Source: Candidatus Cloacimonadales bacterium (GTDB lineage Bacteria > Cloacimonadota > Cloacimonadia > Cloacimonadales > JAFGVF01). Taken from it: a stretch of 64,000 nt of DNA. The notes under the pieces were generated by a model. The model saw only the letters and a list, made by a program, of their open reading frames with translations, did not search any database and was not told the DNA's origin. Positions 51,470-61,400 of the stretch are shown piece by piece; the first letter of the stretch is position 1; each line of letters opens with the position of its first letter. The stretch spans positions 192,001 to 256,000 of the forward strand of contig CAXXOU010000003.1 in assembly GCA_963677495.2 (NCBI GenBank), given 5' to 3'. The position numbers were made by a program, and so were the translations under genes.

Positions 51470-52915
51470 TTATTGTGTTGTTAGCGAATTTATTCCTAAG
51501 AATATTGTTATTATCTGTGATGTAAATGCTATTACTTTCTGTGTATCTGACCAGAGAGAACGTTCTTGTGCTTGCGGTACAAAGACCATATCACCGGCAT
51601 GAACAACAGTATCTTTCTTTGGTTTAATCCATTGTCCTGTTCTAGCATCAACTATTCTAGAACGTCTAAGCTTGCTATTTCTAATTTTGCCACCGGCTTT
51701 TTCAACCCATTCCTTCCAGGTTAAACCCTCTTCAAAATCGTATAAACCGGGATTCTTAACATGACCTGATACTATTACTTTATCCATCTTCTCCGGAACA
51801 TAGATATATGTGCCCGGCTTAATGTAAGTATTATATGCTTCATCTTTGGTTTCCCAAAGCTTGTTTAAATCTACTGAGTATTTACCCTTCATCTCACGAA
51901 GTCTTAAGATGTAATAACCGTATTCTGCATCTGTCATTGAACCGGTTGACATTCTTTTAAGACGCAAATAGTCTTCATCTTCTATTGTATTTAGATTGGG
52001 ATCTAATACATAAGCTAATTTCATATCACCACGTTCAGATGGACCACCACAAAGTTCTAGAACATCCAACAGACTAATCAAACCACCATTTATAGGGTAT
52101 TTTCCCGGATATTTCACTAATCCTTCAATTGTGATATATTCTCTTCCTACATAATTTGGACGTTTGAAAGCATAGATCTCATCACCATGCTTGATTTCTA
52201 TATCACTTGAGCTACCGGGGTTGTTAATCGCATCGACTAGATTAACAGGTAGTGTTTCTCTTGCTGTCATATCTTCTGTAAATCTATAGATAAATGATCT
52301 ATTGGGGTCAGCATCTAGACTCAAACCTAAACCAAGAGCAGCAATAGTTGAGAGTCTGTCACCTGGAAGTAATTCAAGCTTCTGAACCTGATTCCAGCTA
52401 CCATTAAGACTAACTTCCATCTCTTTACAAGGAACAAAAATCACATCACCATCCATTAAGTATGGATTCTGTTCAGTCTCACCCAAACGGAAATAACGCA
52501 TGAGATCAAGTGTCTCTTCACCACTAGCTCTTGTGAGTTTGATTCTTCTTAATGACATCTTACTTGGAAGATTATCAAAGTTAAGAACCTTTTGATCAAT
52601 AATGGTCTTACTATACGCTTGAGGAGCTTCTTCTTCATTTTGAATAGTCGCCATTACCTCTTCTTCTTGTGCATCAAGCAACTTCTCCATGTCCTGATCG
52701 GTATAGAGCTCATTATCTCTTTCACTAATCAAAGAAGCATTTGGAAGCTGGTTGACCATAAAGATTGCGTCAGAGACTCGATTATTATTATCCATAATAA
52801 CAACACCGGGTTGTCTAACATATCCCACAACATTCACTGTTATTGGTAAAGCTGAGAGCAGTGATACAGCTATTGCAAAAAGTAAAATAAGGTTGAGAAC
52901 TTTTCTATTTCTCAT
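51470..52915 (-). CDS. SLBB-domain polysaccharide export protein (Wza/KpsD-like; likely start 52915)
   Basis: Signal peptide; repeated VVGYVRQPG, IEGLVKYPG and VSGHVKNPG; GDVIFVP and GDMVFVP; C-terminal helix. Confidence 0.82.
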   Translation of the reverse strand: MRNRKVLNLILLFAIAVSLLSALPITVNVVGYVRQPGVVIMDNNNRVSDAIFMVNQLPNASLISERDNELYTDQDMEKLLDAQEEEVMATIQNEEEAPQAYSKTIIDQKVLNFDNLPSKMSLRRIKLTRASGEETLDLMRYFRLGETEQNPYLMDGDVIFVPCKEMEVSLNGSWNQVQKLELLPGDRLSTIAALGLGLSLDADPNRSFIYRFTEDMTARETLPVNLVDAINNPGSSSDIEIKHGDEIYAFKRPNYVGREYITIEGLVKYPGKYPINGGLISLLDVLELCGGPSERGDMKLAYVLDPNLNTIEDEDYLRLKRMSTGSMTDAEYGYYILRLREMKGKYSVDLNKLWETKDEAYNTYIKPGTYIYVPEKMDKVIVSGHVKNPGLYDFEEGLTWKEWVEKAGGKIRNSKLRRSRIVDARTGQWIKPKKDTVVHAGDMVFVPQAQERSLWSDTQKVIAFTSQIITIFLGINSLTTQ

Positions 52916-53863
52916 AATATTCGATAATCCTCGTAATAATTGAATCCAAGTCATGTTTAGGTTCGTAACCTATGTATTCAGCAATCTTAGAGATATCCGG
53001 CATACGGTCACGCATATCTTCGAAACCCTCTTCAAAAACATCTTCATAAGCCATGTGCTCAATTTTAGAGTTACTGCCAACCATCTCTTTAACTTTATGA
53101 GCTAATGCCTCAATTGAGATTGGGTTTGTGCTACCAACATTAAAGATCTCACCTTCACATTCAGGAGTTTCCATCAATTTGATTAATGCACTACTTACAT
53201 CATCAACATCAGTGAAGCATCTTGATTGCTTGCCATCTCCATAAATAACCATTGGCTGTTCAAGAAGAGCTGCTTTGATAAACTTTGGTACTACCATACC
53301 ATACTGACCTGTCTGGCGTGGTCCAACTGTATTAAATAATCTAACGATAACAACAGGAAGCTTTTTTTCTCTGTGGTAAGCAAGAGCAAAGAATTCATCA
53401 ACAGCTTTTGCAGTACTGTAGCCCCATCTACTGATGTGAGTAGAACCTAGTAGTCTATCATCTTTCTCAGAAAAAGGTATCTTGTCACTTTTGCCATATA
53501 TTTCGCTTGTAGATGTTACGAGAACCTTGACTTTATACTTATTTGCAAGTTCAAGCACGTACTCACTACCACAACATTTGTCTGTAATGACAGAAGTGGA
53601 TTTTCAATAATATATTTTACTCCAACTGCTGCGGCCATATGATATACTTGATCACAACCATTCATAAGCTTATCCATAAGCTCTAAATTAAGAATAGTTC
53701 CAACTGTAATTGAGAAGTTAGGGTTTTTCTTTAAATGAGCAACGTTTTCAAGTCTACCGGTTGAAAGATTATCAAGCACATGCACTTTGTGTCCTTGTGC
53801 CAATAATTTTTCAGCTAAATGAGAACCAATAAATCCTGCTCCACCTGTAATTAATATCTTCAT
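52905..53863 (-). pseudogene. NAD-dependent NDP-sugar epimerase/dehydratase with one frameshift near 53572
   Basis: MKILITGGAGFIG..HMAAAVGV..QTNV continues in another frame as GSEYVLELA..STSEIYG..YSTAK; one base missing. Confidence 0.85.
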
Positions 53864-54028
53864 AATAACTCCATTTATCAATATTACCAAGCAAATAAGC
53901 TTATATTAAGCCCAATTCTATAATTGGGAAGTATATATTCACTAAGAAAATAATAATTTTCCAGAGTATTCTATCTTGTCAAATGTTTTAGCTAATTTGG
54001 ACTTGCACCACAACGATAGTACCCCAAT

Positions 54029-54164
54029 CTATGGAGTGCACCATCTATGTTGGTGCGTCTTGTCCCGAAACTATGAAGAGCACAATCATTAGCTCGAATT
54101 CATACTAATTAACGAGTTGAACGCAAAGCTATGGAGTGTATCAACTGTGTTGGTGCGTCTTGTC
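54029..54164 (+). repeat. Two 36-bp hairpin repeats 100 bp apart (REP-like)
   Basis: CTATGGAGTGCACCATCTATGTTGGTGCGTCTTGTC at 54029 and CTATGGAGTGTATCAACTGTGTTGGTGCGTCTTGTC at 54129; 32/36 identical. Confidence 0.85.
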
Positions 54165-54293
54165 ACACAACCCTTAAAGGAGTTCTTCTGAATTTATACA
54201 ACTATCAACTATAAATATTCTCAACCTTTCAGCTCTCCCCACGACATTCTCTTTTCCGACACTAATTCGATTTTCCCAAAAATTAAGCTACCT

Positions 54294-54368
54294 CCCTTGG
54301 GTTTCCCTTGCCTTTCCCTTGGTTCTCTCTTGCAAAACCAAGAAAAGAGCAAGGGAGGTGCAAGGGAG
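54294..54368. repeat. 11-bp-period inverted array, CCCTTG x4 / CAAGGG x3
   Basis: C(C/T)CTTG at 54294, 54305, 54316, 54327; CAAG at 54339, 54350, 54361. Confidence 0.85.
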
Positions 54369-54464
54369 AGTTGGGTGAGATTTCACCATTTATTCCAGAC
54401 TTCCATCAGACTAATTCTACTCCCACCCATCATTCTTCTCTCAGCAGTAATTAGTGATTCCAAA

Positions 54465-54572
54465 CTGGTTTATGCTTGGTGATATGTTGGCAAATTCTTG
54501 GCAATTAGGCCAAGAATAGGCCAAGGGTTTACCAAGGGTTTACCAAGGGTTTACCAAGTGTTTACCAAGAAT
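54465..54572. repeat. 11-bp-period inverted array, TTGG x4 / CCAAG x6
   Basis: (T/C)TGG at 54465, 54476, 54487, 54498; CCAAG at 54510, 54521, 54532, 54543, 54554, 54565. Confidence 0.9.
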
Positions 54573-54739
54573 TACTGCAGGGATTAGAGGGAGCATAAAA
54601 GGGAAGGAATAAACATGATAAAGAATTGAATCTCGAAATCTCAAATTTATCGAATGTGTTTTCATTCAGTACAGGACAATTTTCTTGTTGGCAATTCCTA
54701 TTAAAACTCTATACTATTTTTACAATAGGAGGAAAAGCG

Positions 54740-55150
54740 ATGGCAGAACTCAAGACTAAAGCAAACAGTGCTAGTGTGATAGAATTTATCGAATCAATTG
54801 AATCAGAGCAAAAGAAGCAGGATTCTTACAGATTACTTGAGCTAATGAAAGAGCTTAGTGGTGAAGAGCCAAAGATGTGGGGCGATAGCATAATAGGTTT
54901 TAGTGACGTACATCTCAAATACGCCAGTGGTAGAGAATTGGACTGGTTCAAAGTTGGTTTCTCTCCACGTAAAAAGGCGATCTCCTTCTACTCCATGCAT
55001 TATTATGACGAATCATCAGATTTACTGCAAAGGCTTGGTAAGCATAAACACGGTAAATCTTGTATATATATTAACAAATTATCAGACATCAATGAGGATG
55101 TTCTAAAAGAGTTGATACAAAACAGTTTAGATTGTAAGGATATGATATGA
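54740..55150 (+). CDS. DUF1801 (YdhG-like) protein (likely start 54740)
   Basis: PKMWGDSIIGF, YASGRELDW, GFSPRK and LGKHKHGKSCIYINKL; AGGAGG RBS. Confidence 0.88.
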   Translation: MAELKTKANSASVIEFIESIESEQKKQDSYRLLELMKELSGEEPKMWGDSIIGFSDVHLKYASGRELDWFKVGFSPRKKAISFYSMHYYDESSDLLQRLGKHKHGKSCIYINKLSDINEDVLKELIQNSLDCKDMI

Positions 55151-55547
55151 AAGATCTATTCCCATACTTAATGTTTAAAGGCAATGCCGAAGAAGCAATG
55201 AACTTCTATAAGGATTGCTTCAACGGTGAAATACTCGGAATCGAAAGATATGATGGTGCTCCAATGCCTGTACCTGAAGAGTTTAAACAAAAGGTCATGC
55301 ATATGACTCTTAAACTTCCAAATGGTACAATCATGGCATCTGACACACATGAGAATATCGAAGATGTTAGTGCTAAAGTGCAATTCTGCGTAAATTTCGA
55401 CAGCCTCCCCGAAATGCAGAAAGCATTTGATAAGATGCTGACTAAAGGTAAAGAAACCATGAAAATCGAACCTCAGTTCTGGGTGACTACATGGGTGCAA
55501 TAGAAGATAACTATGGGATAAAATGGATGTTTATTTGTCCTCAATAA
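55147..55547 (+). pseudogene. VOC/PhnB-like protein with one frameshift near 55482
   Basis: PYLMFKGNAEEAMNFY..KVMH..MASD..PQFW; adding one G to the GGG run restores GDYMGAIEDNYGIKWMFICPQ-stop at 55547. Confidence 0.85.
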
Positions 55548-55577
55548 GTAAACGCAATCCTCTTGCCATATAGACAC

Positions 55578-55610
55578 GAAGAGACGTTCTCATGAGCGTC
55601 TCTTCTTTTA
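55578..55610 (+). terminator. Intrinsic terminator
   Basis: GAAGAGACGTTC-TCAT-GAGCGTCTCTTC followed by TTTT. Confidence 0.8.
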
Positions 55611-55681
55611 TCATTAATTGACAGAAATATAGGAGATAACTATTTAGGTATTAACTAATGTTTGGTGTGAAAGGAGCTATA

Positions 55682-55948
55682 ATGAAAAGAAATGTGTTTC
55701 AGATAGTTATCTCTTTGTTTATTGTAGTAAGAGCTATATCTAATATCACTTTAGGTTGGCACGTAACTTATGCATGGATTACCCTTGCTGTGCTGGCTGT
55801 AACCTTGGTGATAAGAATCAAATTCCCCCAGTTTAGGATAGTTTTTTTTGCTATACTTCTAATTGTAGGTGGCATTTACGTCGTCAAAGAGGGCAATAGA
55901 GTTTACAAAACTAATGGGCATGAGGTTAGTGAAAGTATAGAGGAATAA
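55682..55948 (+). CDS. Small membrane protein (3 TM; likely start 55682)
   Basis: AGGAG RBS, hydrophobic helices, TTGACA at 55618. Confidence 0.65.
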   Translation: MKRNVFQIVISLFIVVRAISNITLGWHVTYAWITLAVLAVTLVIRIKFPQFRIVFFAILLIVGGIYVVKEGNRVYKTNGHEVSESIEE

Positions 55949-56025
55949 ATATACCTTTTATTTATTATAAGATTTAACTTTATTGAAACTCATAATCCTT
56001 ACTGGGTGCATGAAAACATCACTGA

Positions 56026-56148
56026 ATTATCTGGACAGGATTAAATAGTTATGGGAACAAAGTTTCTTCAGGAGTTTATTTTTATCAATTGCAAACAGAT
56101 TCGGTTACTTTTATACAAAAGATAGTGTTAATTAAGTTGGAGGTATGA
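56026..56148 (+). pseudogene. Remnant 3' end of a FlgD-Ig/T9SS-like-tailed gene
   Basis: Hand translation IIWTGLNSYGNKVSSGVYFYQLQTDSVTFIQKIVLIKLEV-stop, preceded by in-frame TGA stops; same pattern as the tails of 7211-8839 and 23510-28297. Confidence 0.8.
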
Positions 56149-56387
56149 TGGAAGATAAACAAAAAATAAGGTTTGTTGTTAATATAATTCTATTTTTCTG
56201 TTTTTCGATAGCTCTTTTCATGGGCAAACGTGACGTATTTACATATGTAATCATGGGTGGATTAACTTTAGAAATTGTACTATACTTTGTTACGAAGAAG
56301 TACCCAAAACTAAATCTTTTTTTTATATATTTCAATAGAGCTTTGATTATAGCTATGGCAGTATATGTTTTTAGAAGTATGAGTTAA
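56145..56387 (+). CDS. Small membrane protein (3 TM)
   Basis: GGAGG RBS; hydrophobic helices. Confidence 0.65.
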   Translation: MMEDKQKIRFVVNIILFFCFSIALFMGKRDVFTYVIMGGLTLEIVLYFVTKKYPKLNLFFIYFNRALIIAMAVYVFRSMS

Positions 56388-56394
56388 TTAACTA

Positions 56395-56658
56395 ATGGAG
56401 AATAATATGAAACTACCTAATCCCGATAAATTCTATTTAGCTACCTCGATAATGATAGCTATTCTTTTAATTGTTAACATTATCTTTCTTCGATTTGAGG
56501 TATTACTATCTTCGATAATACTCATATTCATTCCGCTTCATATCTTCATAAGAGTTAAATATGGCCGCACTTCGTGGGCTTATTACATCTCTTTATCAGT
56601 AGAGAGTGCATTCACAATCATCTTTGCTTTAAAGCTTTATAGGTTTATTTATTCATAA
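56395..56658 (+). CDS. Small membrane protein (3 TM)
   Basis: Hydrophobic helices; follows the previous ORF by 7 bp; hairpin directly after the stop. Confidence 0.6.
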   Translation: MENNMKLPNPDKFYLATSIMIAILLIVNIIFLRFEVLLSSIILIFIPLHIFIRVKYGRTSWAYYISLSVESAFTIIFALKLYRFIYS

Positions 56659-56683
56659 AGGGCATAGATACTATGCCCTTATA
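56658..56683. terminator. Hairpin between convergent genes
   Basis: AAGGGCATAG-ATA-CTATGCCCTT. Confidence 0.7.
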
Positions 56684-56737
56684 ATCTATTAAATTCACTA
56701 GTTCTTATAAGAACTGTGGTGTAACTAAATCGAATAT

Positions 56738-58252
56738 TTACTTAATTTTCAACATCTTCTTTGAGTTACTAACACCATACTCAGAAATATTTCTATAAAA
56801 ATATATGCCTGCTGACATAGATTTACCTGATTTATCACAACCATCCCAATGAACATTACCTTTGCTAGTATCTAGAGTACGTACAAGTTCTCCTCTAATA
56901 TTGAATATTTGTATCTCTTTAAGCTGATTTATTGAACCATTGGTTTTAAAGACGGTTTGATAGTTAAATGGATTAGGATAGTTTGAAACTTCATTAACTA
57001 CTTGTTGCACATTTTCATTGTTTGAAACAGGCAAAAGAGACCAAATTTGCAAGATAGAGCTGTCTCCTCCATAGTTCAGAATAATATCATTATAACCGTC
57101 ACCATTCATATCTCCTGCATCCATACCAATTCCTCTGAAATATTCAATCTCATCTGACATAGGAATTGTATAATCGGGTTGATCATTAAGTTGGTTACCT
57201 CCAAGATAGATGAGAATGTTTTGGGATGACATATCTTCAACAACAATATCATCATAACCATCTGTGTTCACATCGGAGTAGAACATGTGGGTATATTGAT
57301 AGCGACTTTTGCTACTATTTGTACAAATAGTTTCACTTCTAAGAGTATTGTCCGGAGATCCATAATAGATTAACAAATCCATAGTCTGATTGTTGGCTAC
57401 AACGTCATTGAAACCATCACCATTGAAATCACCATCAGCCATACCATTCCATATATTTGATGTGAAGTCTATTTCATTTGCCCCAATATTGCTTCCCCCA
57501 AGTAGCAGTTTGTACTCCATAACTTGGTTAGTGAACTTTGAGTAAAACAGATCATTGATACCGTCTCCATTAACATCACCTGCAAAGACATGCCTTCCAA
57601 CACTGTAGTTGTTTTCCAGGATTTCCCAATCTTCGTTACCGGCAATATCAATGTCAACACCTGGAGAGATTGAATTAGACCCAAACTTAATCCAAACATG
57701 ACCAATATAGTCGTCTGTATTCTCACTATGAGCTACTATATCTTCAATTCCATCTCCGTTGATGTCTCCGGGAAGATATAAGTCATATCTATTGGTTGGA
57801 GAGAATGAAAATGTTTCATCATGCCCCATATCATTAGTAAAGATACCATAAGTAAAGAATGCAGTAGAGTGAACAGGAGTGTGCTTGTTAATAATCAAGT
57901 CACTAATGCTGTCACCATTAATATCTGATCTCCAACTTATTGCAGCTTGCATTGGGGGGTTGCTCTGGACATTGATGATTTCATCAGGTTCATTACTGAT
58001 TGTATGACCTCCATACCATACAGCAATATCGAAGCTGTTCCCATGAATGATTGGATAAAGAAAATCATCATACCCATCATTATTCACATCACCTAACTGG
58101 TCCAATCCCTTTATCAAGAGCCAATCTGCGAATGACGCCGCCCTATCTGATATTTGAGGGTAATTCATAGTGCCTACAAGTTGCAGTTCTTCTGTCGAAA
58201 ACAAAGCTCCCATTAATAGAGCTAAAATGACTAATACATAAATCTTATGCAT
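56738..58252 (-). CDS. Secreted FG-GAP repeat protein with FlgD-Ig/T9SS-like C-terminal domain
   Basis: Signal peptide; seven D(V/I/F/M)N(G/N/T)D repeats; NYPNPFN..IFNIRGELV..WDG..SAGIYF. Confidence 0.85.
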   Translation of the reverse strand: MHKIYVLVILALLMGALFSTEELQLVGTMNYPQISDRAASFADWLLIKGLDQLGDVNNDGYDDFLYPIIHGNSFDIAVWYGGHTISNEPDEIINVQSNPPMQAAISWRSDINGDSISDLIINKHTPVHSTAFFTYGIFTNDMGHDETFSFSPTNRYDLYLPGDINGDGIEDIVAHSENTDDYIGHVWIKFGSNSISPGVDIDIAGNEDWEILENNYSVGRHVFAGDVNGDGINDLFYSKFTNQVMEYKLLLGGSNIGANEIDFTSNIWNGMADGDFNGDGFNDVVANNQTMDLLIYYGSPDNTLRSETICTNSSKSRYQYTHMFYSDVNTDGYDDIVVEDMSSQNILIYLGGNQLNDQPDYTIPMSDEIEYFRGIGMDAGDMNGDGYNDIILNYGGDSSILQIWSLLPVSNNENVQQVVNEVSNYPNPFNYQTVFKTNGSINQLKEIQIFNIRGELVRTLDTSKGNVHWDGCDKSGKSMSAGIYFYRNISEYGVSNSKKMLKIK

Positions 58253-58400
58253 ACTAAACCTCCGTAAGAATGATACAGTTATAATATGCTAATTTCGTTC
58301 CAAAGGCTCAGATGTAAGTTTGTAATTAGTTGATGACATGTTATTTCCAGTATTTGAAGTTCCAAGAGAAAAGGGAGTCTATTTATGTATCTATATAGAG

Positions 58401-58427
58401 AAGGGCATAGAAAACTATGCCCTTATA
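58401..58427 (-). terminator. Hairpin with the same stem as 56658
   Basis: AAGGGCATAG-AAAA-CTATGCCCTT just downstream of the giant gene. Confidence 0.7.
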
Positions 58428-58445
58428 CTTGCTGTAGGCTATAGA

Positions 58446-61400
58446 TTACCTACCTCTTCTGAACATTCGATTCCTGCTATTTCTAACAGCTCTAACCCTC
58501 CAGAACTTCTTGTCTTCGTTTGCCTGAGTAGTCCATTGTGTAGTGTTATAATTAGCCACTTCAGTTGTCCAAGGGCCATTTGGACTTGGAGCTGATTCTA
58601 TGTTATAAGAATCTGCTAATGCAACATTATCCCAATTTAGAGTAGCATTCCCATTTTCTATTGATAGTGTTAACAGAGGGACTCCGACACTTCCCGGTTG
58701 ATATGTAAATGCAACAGGAATAGTTATCAATGGGTTCCACTCATCGTTAGACTGAATGATAATGGATCCGTCATAACTACCCTCAACCAGATTCTCCGGA
58801 TTAATAGTAATGTTTAAATCCGCACTACTCTCTGGTGAGATTGTCCCTGAAGCAGGTGAAACAGAAAGCCATCCTGCATCTTGAGACTCAGTTAGTCCAT
58901 CATCGATTCTATACATTGCACTATCGAACTCAGCTATAAGCCATAGATCTGCTCCATCATGTGCAATAGCTCCTGCCAATGTTGAGAACTGTACATCCCA
59001 ACCGGATTGATAAGTTGCTTGTGTTCCGCTTATTTCCATACTGAAGATGTGACTACTGTAAGTGCCCATATTAGTTCCAACCGCCCATAATCTATTGTGT
59101 CCCTGTACCCATTCTAAACCTTTAATTGAGTGACCACTTGTAAGACTTGCTGACCATTGTTGAGCACCTGAGTTATCAAAGCCATAGATTGTTGGATTTG
59201 GGGCATCATAATCACAGGCAATGAACTCAGAACCTGTCCAGGTTATAGCAAAACTATATAGCTGACCTGAACCTAACTGCACTGCAGAACCACTACTAAC
59301 TCCATTTATGTCATATGGAAGGATTGAACCATTCTCGTTTCCTACCCAGAAGTTTGAGCCATCCCAGGCAAGGCCTTTGGGTACGAACTGGAAAAACTCA
59401 GCAATGATTGTCACCATCTGCGTGTCAGTATCTATTTTCATTAGTCCCCATGAATACATTGGTGTAAGACCAACAATATAGATATCACCCTCAGCGTAAG
59501 CCATACCGGTTTTACTGTTCCACATATCCATGAGATTAACAGTTTCAAGTAGTTCACCTTCTGTCCTTGTTGCTCTTACTGAGCCTGAGGATGCGATCAC
59601 TGTATAATCTAAATTGGCAGTACCATCATTGTCTATTTGGAAAGGTAAATTAAGCATTGAGTTCTCGTAATGAGCTTCTGTTATCGAACTAATCGGAATT
59701 TCAATGTCTGTGTAAGGCTCAACATTAAGTACTGCAGAGTTAATTGGTATAATCTGATCATTGTAATAGTACATCATATCCCAACCATTGGAGTTTGTAC
59801 CTCCATCTAGGTCAATCCCATCAGTCATGTTCAATGACTCAATCATACCTGAAGCATAAATGTTTCCATTATCATCGAAAGTATGCCAACGTACTTTTAG
59901 CTGGTTGTCAGTCCTAAGTACTTTCAGTTTAGCATATCTATTCTGATCTGTTTTACAGTATATGATTGTACCCTCTTCATACATTCCCGCATCATTACCT
60001 TCATTGATTGGGTTCGTTGTAAGATAGTTTTCATAAGCTATGATATCTGCCCTTGTGATGTTGTCAAATTCACTGTCTGCAACTACATTAACAGTTATTG
60101 TCTCAGTCTTAGAGACAGTATAAGTACCATCAGATATTGTAAGTCTTACAGTTCTTGATTGTTCACCTAATTCTGTGAAGATTGTTTCTGTTCCTGATCT
60201 ATCACCAAAGAATACCCACTCAAGTGATGTCGGATTACCAATTGATGTGTTTTGTAGATCAACAATTAAAGGTTGTACTCCATTATCAGGTGACCAGGTA
60301 AAATCAGCTCTTAGAGGAGTGCCATCAAACTCAACAGCTCCAATATCTATGTGGTTGTTTATTGTTCGGTTATTACCGTAAATATCACTTGTAAGAGGGA
60401 CCAAACCATTACGGCTACCTGCATCTATACATGGTGAAAGTCTTGTGAATGAAAAATCAATAGTCGTGTCAATGAACTCAGGGTCTTCTGAAATAGAACC
60501 GTAAAAATGACCTGTAGGATAATTCACTCCGGCACCGTTTCCACCAAACTCGCTTACACCACCTTGAACATTGCAATTAATGAAATAAGGATTCACACTG
60601 TCCGAAGCAATCCAAACTTCATCACCTGCAGTAGCTGTATTATCCCAAAGAATGGAGTTCCTGACAGTGGGTGAACCTGAATATGAAAATACTATTGCCC
60701 CACCATTAACACTACTGTTATTCCAATAGGTTTCATTTGCTAACTCAAAATCACAGGAAAGAACATAAACTGCTCCACCGTAGCTTGTTGCATAAGATGT
60801 TGAATTGCTATCATAGATGTTACCAAACATCTGTAAATCACCATTCGCAAAGCATTGATCAAGATAGATAGCACCGGCATATCGGGTAGCAGTATTACTA
60901 TCAAAGAAGTTGTTATAGACTACTGTGTCAGAGTTACCTGAAACCCAGATTGCACCACCTGCATCGTTTGTAGCTTCATTAGTGATAAACTCATTCGTTT
61001 GGATAGTGTTATCAGAAGCTTCAGATGCATAAGCACCACCTTTCTGGGCCCTATTACCTGTGAAAGTACTGCTTGTAATAGATGATATATCAGTATTAGT
61101 GTATATTGCACCACCATAACGAGTAGCAATATTACTATTGAATGTATTACTTGTTAAAGTAGCTTCACTATTAAATGATGCAATTGCACCACCTCGGAAA
61201 CCAACAAAGCCCTGATGGAAATGGGTACGATTAGAAGTGAAGGAACAATCCTGTATCGTAGGCATTCCACTATTGATATAGATAGCTCCGGCATCACTCA
61301 CACTTCGGTTATTCATAAATAGGCAGACACTTACATTTACAGAACTGTTTTCAAGAGCAATCGCACCACCTTTAAAGGCAAAGCAATACTCGAAAGTAGA

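Noticed and set aside
54029..54164. 36-bp repeats as a CRISPR array
   Set aside because: Only two copies, 64-bp spacer, four mismatches and no cas genes in the window
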